Shown here: positions 28,086 through 45,939 of the stretch, one piece after another
How the letters are laid out: each line of letters starts with the position of its first letter
Position numbering within the stretch: position 1 is the first letter of the stretch
Source: a virus
IMG/VR virus record: IMGVR_UViG_3300027709_000056
Coordinates: 135,811 to 199,810 of that record
Strand: one strand, 5' to 3'
Length of the DNA stretch: 64,000 nt
The notes under the pieces: model-generated
What the model saw: the letters and a program-made list of their open reading frames with translations, nothing else
What the model was told of the DNA's origin: nothing
Databases searched by the model: none
Position numbers and translations under genes: made by a program

Positions 28086-29596
28086 TAGTCGCTCCTCATT
28101 GTTAATGCTCTATTAATTACATAAGGAAAATAAGCTATGCGGTTACTACCATTCATTAAACTTCTATTGTTTGCAAAAAATGTGCTTGGTGTACCTTCGT
28201 CTGTTGAACCTTGATACATTAAGTCTTTAATTGAATTGTCTTGCCACCACTTGCGTAATTGTGCAGGTGTCCATCCTGGATTTAATTGTAATAATAAACA
28301 ACTCATTCCTGATATTTGTGGAGTAGACATTGATGTTCCACTAAGATTTAATATTGCAGTACTGTTAGTATTTGTAGCACTCATAATATTTGTACCAGCC
28401 GCCCATACATCAACTCTAGGACCTTTATCACTAGATGAAGCTGTAGCTTCACCATCATTATATAATTCACTATCAATATTTCCGCAAACAATTGTTTCAG
28501 GACCTATATTACCTGCACCTCTGTTATAATATACAGGATTTCCTGCAGTGATGCCACCAGTAGCAATACTTCGTATAATATGATTATCGTAATCTATGTC
28601 TCCGTCATAGCAAAGTTTTTGGTATTGATTTCCTGCACTTTTTATATAGTGTACACCTTCGTCTTGCATTTCTTCAACTTCAACATTAAGTTGATAAAGA
28701 TTTGCATTAAATCTATTCCAGCCGTCACCGGTCATACCATAATCAGCATTCTTAACACTTCCTACACTAGCACCTCTAAATTGAATATCTGTTATACTAG
28801 TAAAATATCCTTTATATCCCCAACTTGCTCCTACTACTGTTGGTCTTTTAAATCCTGTAACAGGATCAACAGTTTTAGCTTTATGAAATTCTTTAACTGC
28901 GTCAAACCAATATGATGAGCTAATTGTATCTATATCTAAACAATAAATGTTTGCATTCTTGGCCCAACCGTAATCTTTTCCAACTGCTGTTCCAGTACAA
29001 TGGGTTGCATGATAACTTGAACCATTACTGTCTGTATAATCATAGGCCGCAATAGCACCCATATTAGGAAGTGTATTCCATTGGAATGGAACTACACGAC
29101 TAACGCCATTTCTATCCTGCCATTGTTCATGATCGAATCTAAATTTTCCTTCTTGATGAATATAATCAATACCAGTACCGTCTAAATGATAATCGTAAGT
29201 TGTACCAGCAGTAAGGTCTTGAGTAACATTAAGTCCCCAAGCATTAGTTGTATTACCGTGTCTTAAAAGTCCCCAGTTACCTCTTGCTGTTGAAGTAGAA
29301 TCTCTAACCCAGTTTTCGTCTTGTTCGTAGTCTAACCAATCTTCTTCAAAGACAAGTGGTGTATTAACATCACCTACTCTTGGATCGTTTTTAAGTTTTT
29401 CTGCTTCTTCATCTGTAAGAGATACTTCGAAAATACGTTTACTAGAAGGTCTAGTGTTTACGTTATCTACTTGTCTGTCTGGAATTATATTACTGTCGAC
29501 TTTTGAGTCTGAGGTTGTGTCTCTATTTAGATCGTCAATAACTTCTTCTTTGTTAAAGCCTTTATGTAAAGAAACAACGTAATGTTTTTCACTCAT
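28085..29596 (-). CDS. subtilisin-like S8 serine peptidase, Asp-to-Glu variant
   Basis: IHQEG, HATHCTGT, SGTSMSTP, SAGN. Confidence 0.88.
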   Translation of the reverse strand: MSEKHYVVSLHKGFNKEEVIDDLNRDTTSDSKVDSNIIPDRQVDNVNTRPSSKRIFEVSLTDEEAEKLKNDPRVGDVNTPLVFEEDWLDYEQDENWVRDSTSTARGNWGLLRHGNTTNAWGLNVTQDLTAGTTYDYHLDGTGIDYIHQEGKFRFDHEQWQDRNGVSRVVPFQWNTLPNMGAIAAYDYTDSNGSSYHATHCTGTAVGKDYGWAKNANIYCLDIDTISSSYWFDAVKEFHKAKTVDPVTGFKRPTVVGASWGYKGYFTSITDIQFRGASVGSVKNADYGMTGDGWNRFNANLYQLNVEVEEMQDEGVHYIKSAGNQYQKLCYDGDIDYDNHIIRSIATGGITAGNPVYYNRGAGNIGPETIVCGNIDSELYNDGEATASSSDKGPRVDVWAAGTNIMSATNTNSTAILNLSGTSMSTPQISGMSCLLLQLNPGWTPAQLRKWWQDNSIKDLMYQGSTDEGTPSTFFANNRSLMNGSNRIAYFPYVINRALTMRSD

Positions 29597-29605
29597 AGCT
29601 TCTCC

Positions 29606-32014
29606 TTACACAATAGTTAAGTTACCAGTCATCCCTGCATGACTAGTACATTGGTAAACCAATGTTGTATCACTAGTATCATGTTGTGGTACAAATGTTT
29701 GTGTTCCTGTTTGTGATCCTGTAACACCTTCTGTAAAGTCACTGCCGCCAGCACTTTCTCTAATAGCAAATGGATGTGATCCACCAGCACTATTAATAAA
29801 GATGTATGTAAATCCTTTGTATAATGTAAAGTCGGGATTGTCTGTTGTGTCATCAATTCCTGGCCCTGCAAATCTATATGCAGAAGTTCCGTTAGCAGTT
29901 ACAGTATAAGTTATAGTTGGTCCTGAAGAAGCAATTGTAATATTACCTTCAGCATCACTAGTTGTATCAATTCCTGATCCACCAGTAAATTTAATTGATT
30001 CATCCTTGCTAATTGGTCTTAAAGTTGAATCATCTGCACCAACGCTAAATGAATATCCACTATCTGGAACTACCCAACTTGTTCCATCCCATAAATGTAA
30101 TTGTTTCGCTGAACTATTATAAATTATTTCACCAGCATTTGGAACAATGGTTGCAACGGCGTTAGTATCAAAACTTCCTAAACGTAATGGTGCTTGTTGT
30201 ATTATAACGGCACTTGCCGCATCAAAAATTATATTACTTGCACTTGTAAATGTTGGTACACCTGTTCCAGAAGTTTCTATAACATCAGCAGTAAGTGTTC
30301 CTCCAATTGTAAGGTCATTGCTGAAAGTAAAAGTTCCTGTAACGTCTAAGTTTACTGCTGTTAGGGTGTCAGTAGTTTTATTATATACTAATCCTGCATC
30401 GCCACCAAAGTTAGTTGCATCGTTAAATTGTACCTGTGTATCTGCTCCACCTGGTGTTCCGCTACCGCCGCCTGTACTATTAATTGTAAGTGTATCAGTA
30501 CCAGCATCAGTTGTAATAGTTACATTTGTACCTGCTACAAACGTTAATGTATCTGCCGCCGAGTCTGCAACTATATCTGTTTGTCCTGCAACTGCAATAG
30601 TTTGGAATGAATGTTCTTCATGAGTCCAACTTAAAGTTCCTGCTCCGTCAGTCATCATTACTGCACCATCTGTACCATCGCCATCTGGTAAAGTAAATGC
30701 TGTGTTTGATGTTAAGGCACTTGGTGCTTTAAAAGATGTAAAATTTGAATTATCTGTATCGTAAAATCTAATTTCGTTAGCTGACGCTAATTTAATATCA
30801 GTTGCGAAAGTAACTTCATTTACACCATTTGCAACACTACCTGAAACATTTATATTAGTTGCAGTAAGAGTTGTAGTATTAACTGAAGTTGCACTTAATA
30901 CATTTGTATTAGGATTATAAGTTAGTGAAGCGTCTGTTCTTAGGTCTTGTCCACTACCAGTACCTGATGCAACAAAAGTTACAGATTGTGCCAATGCTGT
31001 GTCGTCAGCTACTGAAGTAACAGTCGCCGCATTAACGTTATCTAATACTCTTGGTTCCCATTTACTTGTGCCATTATCCCAACTTAAAACAGCTTCATCA
31101 ACAGGTGTTACTGTAGTTGTATCAACATCAGTTAAATTGCCTATTGGAAAAGATGAAATATCACCCGGTGTCCATACACTTGTTCCTGCATTAAATAATA
31201 ATGCTTGTCCAGTAGTTGCACCAGCTGGAGCAACGTCTGTTAAGTCGCCAATAGCACCAACTTGGATTGTAATATTACCTTCAGTATCACTAGCAGTTGA
31301 AATACCTGTACCGCCAATGAATTTAATTGATTCATCTGAATTAATAGTTCTTAATGTTGAATCATCAGCACCAACTCTAAATGTAAATGAACTTGATAAA
31401 GTTCTCCATTTATACGTTAAAGAACCGTGATCGTAATATAAAATTTTGTCATTGTCAACTGACGTTACTGCATCAACATCAGTTAATTGACGTAATAAAG
31501 TTACACCGCCTGCATCTACTTTCCATTTCCAAGAAGTAGTAGCGTGATCGTAATATAAAATTTTGCCATCATCAGCTGGAGTTACATCATCTAAATCTTT
31601 TAATGCCGTTATAGTTTTTAAACTTAAATCTAAATTTGCACCTGTTTGTGCATTAACTCTTGCATCAGCTAAAGAATTTGTAAAGTATCTATTGTTAGCA
31701 TAAACAAGTGGCGTTTCTGTTACAATATCAGGAATGGAATCTGTAGTAATTCCTGTTGCCAAATAGCCGATGTCATTTGCAAATGAACTTATTGCTGTTG
31801 GTACTGTAGGAATAGTAGGTTTATTTGATAAATCGTTATAGTCGCCACTAAATGGATTATTAAACGAAACACCGTTAATTTTAACATCACCAGCATTAAT
31901 AGTTCCAGCATTAGTAATACCAGAACCACCCAAATCAAGGTTATCACCTACTGGTAATTCCTTTAATTTGTTGCTATCTAACTGATCAACTATTAGTGGT
32001 ATTCTATTTGCCAT
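29606..32014 (-). CDS. tail fibre-like protein with C-terminal cupredoxin-like domain
   Basis: T/S/G-rich repeats; C-terminal SHPF...YQCTSHAGM. Confidence 0.75.
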   Translation of the reverse strand: MANRIPLIVDQLDSNKLKELPVGDNLDLGGSGITNAGTINAGDVKINGVSFNNPFSGDYNDLSNKPTIPTVPTAISSFANDIGYLATGITTDSIPDIVTETPLVYANNRYFTNSLADARVNAQTGANLDLSLKTITALKDLDDVTPADDGKILYYDHATTSWKWKVDAGGVTLLRQLTDVDAVTSVDNDKILYYDHGSLTYKWRTLSSSFTFRVGADDSTLRTINSDESIKFIGGTGISTASDTEGNITIQVGAIGDLTDVAPAGATTGQALLFNAGTSVWTPGDISSFPIGNLTDVDTTTVTPVDEAVLSWDNGTSKWEPRVLDNVNAATVTSVADDTALAQSVTFVASGTGSGQDLRTDASLTYNPNTNVLSATSVNTTTLTATNINVSGSVANGVNEVTFATDIKLASANEIRFYDTDNSNFTSFKAPSALTSNTAFTLPDGDGTDGAVMMTDGAGTLSWTHEEHSFQTIAVAGQTDIVADSAADTLTFVAGTNVTITTDAGTDTLTINSTGGGSGTPGGADTQVQFNDATNFGGDAGLVYNKTTDTLTAVNLDVTGTFTFSNDLTIGGTLTADVIETSGTGVPTFTSASNIIFDAASAVIIQQAPLRLGSFDTNAVATIVPNAGEIIYNSSAKQLHLWDGTSWVVPDSGYSFSVGADDSTLRPISKDESIKFTGGSGIDTTSDAEGNITIASSGPTITYTVTANGTSAYRFAGPGIDDTTDNPDFTLYKGFTYIFINSAGGSHPFAIRESAGGSDFTEGVTGSQTGTQTFVPQHDTSDTTLVYQCTSHAGMTGNLTIV

Positions 32015-32050
32015 TGTTGTTTCCTATTTTATACATATTTACCGTATCCA

Positions 32051-33001
32051 TTATACGCTTATCTTCACGTCGTTTCCATTCCGCCAAAGTTGTCCTGGAG
32101 TCCCAGGGTCTGAAGTTGGAAGACCATCAAAATTAATTACAGCATAAGGAATTTGGCTATTAGCAGTATCAACTAGTACTGTTGAATCATCACCTAATAC
32201 TGGTTGTGATTTAACACCACCACTAAAAGCAAAGTTACCATCATTGTCTACGCTTAACTGCGAACTACCTAAGTGAATAGTAGTTCCGCTTAGATATAAA
32301 TCTCTAAATCGGTTTGTAGTAGAACCTAAGTCGTAAGTAATATTAGTGTCAGGAACAATATGCGAAGATACACTTCCAAGTTTTGTTGTTACCCTAGCAT
32401 CTGTGTAATATAAATTTGTTCCTTCACTTAAATCTGTTGTAGTAGCGGCTGTTATACGTGCATCAGCTCTTGCATCTGTGTAATATAAATTAGTGCCTTC
32501 ACTTAAATTTGTTGTAGTAGATGGAATTGTTGGTGTACCGCTTAAAACTGAATATGGAATAGTGCTATTAGCAGTATCAACTAGTAATGTTGAATCATCA
32601 CCTACTATTGGATTGTTTGATTGAAGTCCACCACTTAATTGAAAATTACCTGAAGCATCTACTTTTAATGTAGAAGTGCCTAAATGAATAGTATTTCCAC
32701 TTAAATATAAATCTTTAAAACGATGTGTACTAGAACCGATATCGTAAGTAACATCAGTGTCAGGAATAATATTTCCTTTAACAGTTCCATCTAAATTAAT
32801 TTTACTGTTTAATCCATCAACTAATGTAGTAGAGTCTTCACCAAATACAGAACCTTTAATATCTTGAACATGAGCTATTGAGCCGTCATGTCTTGCAAAT
32901 AGTTCTGTAAAGTTAGCATTAACTTTAGTAAAGGCTGTACGGATTGGATCTCCGTCACCCTTGTTTGCACTTGTTCCAATGTTAATATTTTGTTGTGCCA
33001 T
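32051..33001 (-). CDS. tail/baseplate fibre protein with gp9/gp10-like N-terminus
   Basis: INIGTSANKGDGDPIRTAFTKVNANF; internal duplicated modules. Confidence 0.75.
   Translation of the reverse strand: MAQQNINIGTSANKGDGDPIRTAFTKVNANFTELFARHDGSIAHVQDIKGSVFGEDSTTLVDGLNSKINLDGTVKGNIIPDTDVTYDIGSSTHRFKDLYLSGNTIHLGTSTLKVDASGNFQLSGGLQSNNPIVGDDSTLLVDTANSTIPYSVLSGTPTIPSTTTNLSEGTNLYYTDARADARITAATTTDLSEGTNLYYTDARVTTKLGSVSSHIVPDTNITYDLGSTTNRFRDLYLSGTTIHLGSSQLSVDNDGNFAFSGGVKSQPVLGDDSTVLVDTANSQIPYAVINFDGLPTSDPGTPGQLWRNGNDVKISV
32398..32522. repeat. two imperfect 75-bp (25-codon) tandem units
   Basis: TT(N/D)LSEGTNLYYTDAR encoded twice with near-identical DNA (catctgtgtaatataaatt...ccttcacttaaat). Confidence 0.8.
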
Positions 33002-33002
33002 C

Positions 33003-41132
<8,130 letters not shown>

Positions 41133-41135
41133 TTA

Positions 41136-41459
41136 CTAAAATCCTACTGATTCACCACACCCGCAACTATTCTTAGTTGCTGGGTTTGAAATATCGAAGA
41201 ATGATCCAAATAATTCTTCTTTATAATTAATCGTTGATCCCATTAAGTACATTTGACTTAATGAATCAATTGCAAATTTACCTTTTTCCAAGTTAATTAC
41301 TTCGTCTTTATCTTCTACAGCGTCAGACATAGTCCAGTCATATTGCATTCCTGCACATCCGCCACCCTTCATAGATAGGCGTACAACTGGTTTATTCTTA
41401 GCGGTCAGCATATAATTCATCTGGTCTATTGCTGAATCTGTTAATGTTACAATTGCCAT
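41136..41459 (-). CDS. iscA: HesB/IscA A-type Fe-S carrier
   Basis: GGGCAGMQY and SCGCGES; TAAATA at 41479-41484. Confidence 0.92.
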   Translation of the reverse strand: MAIVTLTDSAIDQMNYMLTAKNKPVVRLSMKGGGCAGMQYDWTMSDAVEDKDEVINLEKGKFAIDSLSQMYLMGSTINYKEELFGSFFDISNPATKNSCGCGESVGF

Positions 41460-41527
41460 AATTTTTCCTTGTCCTATGTATTTATCAATTAGTCTAGGAT
41501 CCTAATGTAATCTTATAAATAGCTGTA

Positions 41528-41815
41528 ATGTTTTTAAGAACTGAACAAACTATTCAATACTTTATGCGTAAGGGTATAAAAGGTGAACACCACCCTTATA
41601 AACGTAAAAAAACGCTGGTAGTGTTTAAATGTGATAGTTGCAGTGAAGAATTTATACGTGATAAAGGGCGTATAGACCCTAAAAGATTATGTGATGATTA
41701 TTCGCACGTTTGCCCCAACTGCGATCCTAAAAGATTTGCCCAAAAGCGTGGAGTTGAACAACGTAAAAGATTAAACTTACGAGTAGATAGCATGATCGAC
41801 ATCACTAAACTATGA
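41528..41815 (+). CDS. hypothetical zinc-ribbon protein
   Basis: CDSC and CPNC pairs; TATAAATA at 41514-41521. Confidence 0.7.
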   Translation: MFLRTEQTIQYFMRKGIKGEHHPYKRKKTLVVFKCDSCSEEFIRDKGRIDPKRLCDDYSHVCPNCDPKRFAQKRGVEQRKRLNLRVDSMIDITKL

Positions 41816-41854
41816 TGCCGATCCACACTAATCTATTATTAAATTGTAACCTTA

Positions 41855-42019
41855 TTATTCAGATTTCCAAATATTATAAACACCCCAAGCAAGTGCTCCC
41901 CAGATTAAAACTTTAGTCAGGGGCATAATGCCTAAGATAACTATTAACGCCGCACCACCGATTATAATTCCGTTCCACGATGTGCGTTCTTCTATTCTTC
42001 CTTTGATCCAATCAAACAT
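41855..42019 (-). CDS. 54-aa two-TM protein (not in ORF track)
   Basis: Manual: MFDWIKGRIEERTSWNGIIIGGAALIVILGIMPLTKVLIWGALAWGVYNIWKSE; AGGAG SD. Confidence 0.7.
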   Translation of the reverse strand: MFDWIKGRIEERTSWNGIIIGGAALIVILGIMPLTKVLIWGALAWGVYNIWKSE

Positions 42020-42031
42020 AATAATTACTCC

Positions 42032-42313
42032 TTATAATGCTTTGTGTAGTTGATCGACTAACTTCGATTTGAGCAGTCTACGGTCTAACTCAATACCTTG
42101 CTTCCTCCCTAACTTTTCTAAATCTTTTTTAGTCATTTTAGAAAGTTGTGCTTTGGTATGTGATTTAACTTTCGTTGTCTTCTTGCCGAAGGCTTTCTTT
42201 GGAGCCATAGTCTTATTAGACCAATGTGTAACGTGGTCTGAAAGTTCAGTATTGCAACATTCAGGCTCTTTGTGGATTCCTCCAAAAAAGACTTCTTTAA
42301 TCCATTTAAACAT
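42032..42313 (-). CDS. basic protein with Rho-N/HeH-like C-terminus
   Basis: KMTKKDLEKLGRKQGIELDRRLLKSKLVDQL; TAAATA at 42347-42352. Confidence 0.6.
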   Translation of the reverse strand: MFKWIKEVFFGGIHKEPECCNTELSDHVTHWSNKTMAPKKAFGKKTTKVKSHTKAQLSKMTKKDLEKLGRKQGIELDRRLLKSKLVDQLHKAL

Positions 42314-42366
42314 TAGTTGATTCTCCTCGAAATGAAAGTCGTACTATATTTAGCTGTTTTTAAGTA

Positions 42367-42570
42367 TTAGGTTATAATATTGACGTTTTTGCCCTTGCTC
42401 TTAGAGTCACAAAATGGCGGTATAAGAGTTTTTTGCTTTAATCTACTCTGTTTAAGGCCCGTTTTTGCTACTGGCTCAACTTTTGAGTGATCTTCTGTGG
42501 ATAACGTCCCCGAAAGTCTTAGAATATTAGCTAGTGTTCTTCCTATGCCATATGAACGATCAATTTTCAT
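42367..42570 (-). CDS. hypothetical protein
   Basis: ATG 42570 overlaps the stop of the upstream small ORF (ATGA). Confidence 0.55.
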   Translation of the reverse strand: MKIDRSYGIGRTLANILRLSGTLSTEDHSKVEPVAKTGLKQSRLKQKTLIPPFCDSKSKGKNVNIIT

Positions 42571-42746
42571 TTTAAATGACCTTTTTGTCTTTCTCGTTCT
42601 GCTATGCACCATTCATCATCTGGATTAAACATACAATCAAGAACTTTTCCAATTCCGCCTAATGTAGGATTTGCTCGTGTGTCATTACTTGTGCATTGTC
42701 CTAGTACTATTAATAATAATATAAAAATTAGTATATTCTTTTTCAT
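42567..42746 (-). CDS. 59-aa signal-peptide-bearing protein (not in ORF track)
   Basis: Manual: MKKNILIFILLLIVLGQCTSND... Confidence 0.6.
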   Translation of the reverse strand: MKKNILIFILLLIVLGQCTSNDTRANPTLGGIGKVLDCMFNPDDEWCIAERERQKGHLK

Positions 42747-42749
42747 ATA

Positions 42750-43415
42750 TTAATTTGCTGTTATCACCTTTAGCTTGTTTACAGTTGCTTTTAACAATGT
42801 AGTGTAATTCGGGTTTGTCGAAAATAAAGTTAATGTATCAATTAACTTGTCATAATTATATATCCCTGCTATAACCATTTCTTCTCTTAATTCTCTAAAA
42901 TCTTTGTATGCAGGATGATTATTTAATAAGTCAACATAGTCTTGGATTGATTGACATTTTGTTTTATATACTTTAACGCCCCATACTGCTTTTGGATTGT
43001 CTTTAGGTTTTATTTGCGGAAGTTTGGGATCCCAAGTTCTAACACCAAATAAAGCATTTCCTTCAATTGCAAATCTGCTTGTACCCCAACCTGATTCTAA
43101 TCCTGCTTGGGCTTCTACAAGTAAAGACGGAACTCGTAAACTATGTGGTGTTGTAAAGTTAATATAATTAACGCATTTTCGTACAGCTAAAACAAAACTG
43201 CTTTGATCAGTATACACAAATTCAGGTTCATGTAATCCGAGTTTAACTGCTATTTTAGATTGTTCAACTTCAACACGTTCTGTTATTTTATCAATAACAA
43301 AATTATTTGGTTTAAACGTTCCAAAGCAAAAGGCTCCGACGCTCAGTAATATTGCTATTACTATCCAAAGAAATATTCTAAATTTTTTCTTAGTTTCTAA
43401 ATTCATCCTTTTCAT
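42750..43415 (-). CDS. glucosaminidase (GH73/Bax-like) with N-terminal TM
   Basis: AQAGLESGWGTSRFAIEGNALFG; FSTNPNY. Confidence 0.88.
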   Translation of the reverse strand: MKRMNLETKKKFRIFLWIVIAILLSVGAFCFGTFKPNNFVIDKITERVEVEQSKIAVKLGLHEPEFVYTDQSSFVLAVRKCVNYINFTTPHSLRVPSLLVEAQAGLESGWGTSRFAIEGNALFGVRTWDPKLPQIKPKDNPKAVWGVKVYKTKCQSIQDYVDLLNNHPAYKDFRELREEMVIAGIYNYDKLIDTLTLFSTNPNYTTLLKATVNKLKVITAN

Positions 43416-43423
43416 ACTATATT

Positions 43424-43452
43424 ACTATAGCACTTTTTGGATCAGTTGTCAA
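43424..43452 (-). promoter_or_regulatory. sigma70-type early promoter
   Basis: TTGACA-N17-TATAGT. Confidence 0.75.
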
Positions 43453-43458
43453 TCAAAA

Positions 43459-44160
43459 TTAATGCCAATTATCTTTACACCAAGGATCTATTGAATCTTT
43501 TGGATTTGGATCTCCATGAAATACAGCAATACACGTTTCACGTTTTATATTTGGTGTCCCTGGCTCTTTAAAGTTTCGTTTTCCAGTGACTCTTGACATT
43601 TCGGGTTTACCACGCATTTCCCATTTATAACTTTGGATCCATTCATCGGGCCAAAAGTTAAAATCCGTTTTAACATTTGCATATAACCAATCTTGGTCTC
43701 CATGATACCTTGCCGCATGGTATTTTGGATTTTCCATAAAACGTTCATATACTTGACTATGTTGTCCTGTATTAAATCGAACAATACTAGAATTCATTCT
43801 ATCCCAATTTGATTGTACACATCTATTAAAATCTCTTATAACACAAAACTCGCCAGGCTTGTATGTAAACAGTTTATCCATATTTTTAAAAACTATTACA
43901 TCTAAATCAATATAAAGAATTGTGCCTTTAACAGCTAACCCAGGATTAAAGAACATTGGTTTGTACCACCATCCGTTAATATCAGGAATAGCTGGCAACG
44001 GATGAATTTCAATTCCGGATTTTATACCAGCACCGTTTTCAGTAAAACAAACAAAGTTAAACGGAATTGTTAGGTTTCTTGAAACCATACTGTACAAAGT
44101 ATTAACATACTCTGCACTATATTTGTCGCCGTGCTTTAGGCATACAACATAATTTGCCAC
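43459..44160 (-). CDS. glycosyltransferase-like protein (GT-A, DxD)
   Basis: WWYKP...ILYIDLDVIV...NSSIVRF...GDQDWL. Confidence 0.7.
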   Translation of the reverse strand: MANYVVCLKHGDKYSAEYVNTLYSMVSRNLTIPFNFVCFTENGAGIKSGIEIHPLPAIPDINGWWYKPMFFNPGLAVKGTILYIDLDVIVFKNMDKLFTYKPGEFCVIRDFNRCVQSNWDRMNSSIVRFNTGQHSQVYERFMENPKYHAARYHGDQDWLYANVKTDFNFWPDEWIQSYKWEMRGKPEMSRVTGKRNFKEPGTPNIKRETCIAVFHGDPNPKDSIDPWCKDNWH

Positions 44161-44169
44161 GTACTTCTC

Positions 44170-44727
44170 CTATCCATTCATTGGGCTTGGAGGCGGTTGT
44201 GTTAATGCTGGTTTAGACGGTGTTGCTCCAATGCTTAATGTAACTCTAGGTTCTAATGGAATAGACTTATGCGGTGTTAATCTAGGAATTAAGAATGCAT
44301 CGCCTGTTTTGACATGAATTAGTCTGTTCTCATTTGCTTCTTCATTTGATAAAGCATAAGCAACTTCTCCATATCCTTGTATTAATAAAACACTTTCGGC
44401 ATCACGATGCATAAAGATTGAATGATGCTTGTCTGATAAACTCCAAAATAAAGAACAATTATATACAGTTTCAGTCTGAAAAGGTTTGTAGTTTGTTATG
44501 AATTCTGTATAAAAAGGTTTTATTTGTTTATGAGTTTCAACTGAAGGTAAGTGGCTACTATAACCATCCATAACCATATCATGATTAGTAACCCTAGAAA
44601 TATATTGATTGATAGTTAATAATGTATCAAAGTTAATATTTTTTGCTTCAGGAAATATGCCAGGCCAATGTTTGACCTGGTTATTTGTACGAGCTTCGTT
44701 TAGTTCTTCCCAAAATTTTTCACGCAT
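44170..44727 (-). CDS. cupin/JmjC-like oxygenase
   Basis: MHRD...GDAFLIPRLTPHKS. Confidence 0.7.
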   Translation of the reverse strand: MREKFWEELNEARTNNQVKHWPGIFPEAKNINFDTLLTINQYISRVTNHDMVMDGYSSHLPSVETHKQIKPFYTEFITNYKPFQTETVYNCSLFWSLSDKHHSIFMHRDAESVLLIQGYGEVAYALSNEEANENRLIHVKTGDAFLIPRLTPHKSIPLEPRVTLSIGATPSKPALTQPPPSPMNG

Positions 44728-45174
44728 TTATTTTTCCACTATTGCACTATTACTGCCGTGTTCAAAAACTTCAACACTAGAAAGTCTTACACGACCGCCA
44801 GTATCTTCGTCAATTAATGGTGCTACATAATTATAAACGTGTTCAGCAAATTTTTCACAACCAACACCATCCAATAAAACTACTTTTGCTACACCTTTTT
44901 TATCTAATGCCATAAAGTCGTCTACATAAGGATCATTTTTGTCAACTGCAAATTTATGATCAAAAGTGTCTTCTAAATATTGTTTGATCCATTTACAATT
45001 GCCAAAGTCATAAACCCAATTTTTATCATCAAGTTCAATAGCTTCGAATTCAAATCGAAATCCTAAACTATATCCGTGTATTAATGAACAATGACTGTGG
45101 GTTGCTTTTGCTTGTCGGAAGGTACAACTTAACCCTCTTTCGTTACCGTATGTTTTTGTGCTTTTGTATTTCAT
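44728..45174 (-). CDS. queD: 6-pyruvoyl tetrahydropterin synthase / QueD-like
   Basis: HCSLIHGY, WVYDFG, FDH, GCEKFAE, EHGSNSA. Confidence 0.88.
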   Translation of the reverse strand: MKYKSTKTYGNERGLSCTFRQAKATHSHCSLIHGYSLGFRFEFEAIELDDKNWVYDFGNCKWIKQYLEDTFDHKFAVDKNDPYVDDFMALDKKGVAKVVLLDGVGCEKFAEHVYNYVAPLIDEDTGGRVRLSSVEVFEHGSNSAIVEK

Positions 45175-45238
45175 TTTATTCTCCTTTTAAACGGCGGAGT
45201 ATTTAAAGAGGGATCGACGTTAAGTCCTCATTTGTTAT

Positions 45239-45267
45239 AGTATATAGTCTTTACCATCCCTTGTCAA
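45239..45267 (-). promoter_or_regulatory. sigma70-type promoter for queD
   Basis: TTGACA-N17-TATACT. Confidence 0.8.
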
Positions 45268-45939
45268 CTACTTAAACTGGTGTGGGTTGTCAATTTCGTT
45301 ATAGCATACTTGGAGATGTCTTGTATTAAAACTAACCGTTAATCGTTTATTGGTTTTATTAAAATAACTTCTATGATATAACCAACTAGGAAATAAAACG
45401 AGCATTCCTGTTCTAGGATGAAATTCCATTATGTCCGCAGTAAACTCTGTTGCTCTATCATGCACCTCAGCCATCTTTGCTAGTAATATTGGACTTTTAA
45501 AAACAATTGGAGCACTACCTTCTTCTACATAAGGATAATATGCTCCACTAACAATACTTAATTCGTGTCTATGCTCATTTACATGACCTTCATCTTCTTG
45601 TATATTAAACCAGCTTTTTGTAAGTTCAACATTTTCTAATCCAACAGTTCTAGTATAATCATTTAAACAGTTTTCAATATCCCGTCTTATTTTTTTAAAT
45701 TCGGGCATATCTAAACAGTTTGTAGTTTTGTGGACTTTACTTACTGGATCAAAAGATAAACTACTAGTTCTACCTTTGCCTACGTCTTTAGGCCAGTTAG
45801 ATGTTTCTTCGAAGTTTGTCATAAGTTCAGAAATGATTTTGTTGTCTGGATGATTCTCAAAAGAAAATACTTGAACTAACGTTGGAAATAAATTGAATTC
45901 TGCCTTATCAAAAGAACCTTCGGGTATATTAGCTTTCAC
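45268..45939 (-). CDS. putative 2OG-Fe(II) oxygenase (TIGR02466-like)
   Basis: SWFN...HRHE...VSGAYY...LFPSWLYH. Confidence 0.8.
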   Translation of the reverse strand: MKANIPEGSFDKAEFNLFPTLVQVFSFENHPDNKIISELMTNFEETSNWPKDVGKGRTSSLSFDPVSKVHKTTNCLDMPEFKKIRRDIENCLNDYTRTVGLENVELTKSWFNIQEDEGHVNEHRHELSIVSGAYYPYVEEGSAPIVFKSPILLAKMAEVHDRATEFTADIMEFHPRTGMLVLFPSWLYHRSYFNKTNKRLTVSFNTRHLQVCYNEIDNPHQFK

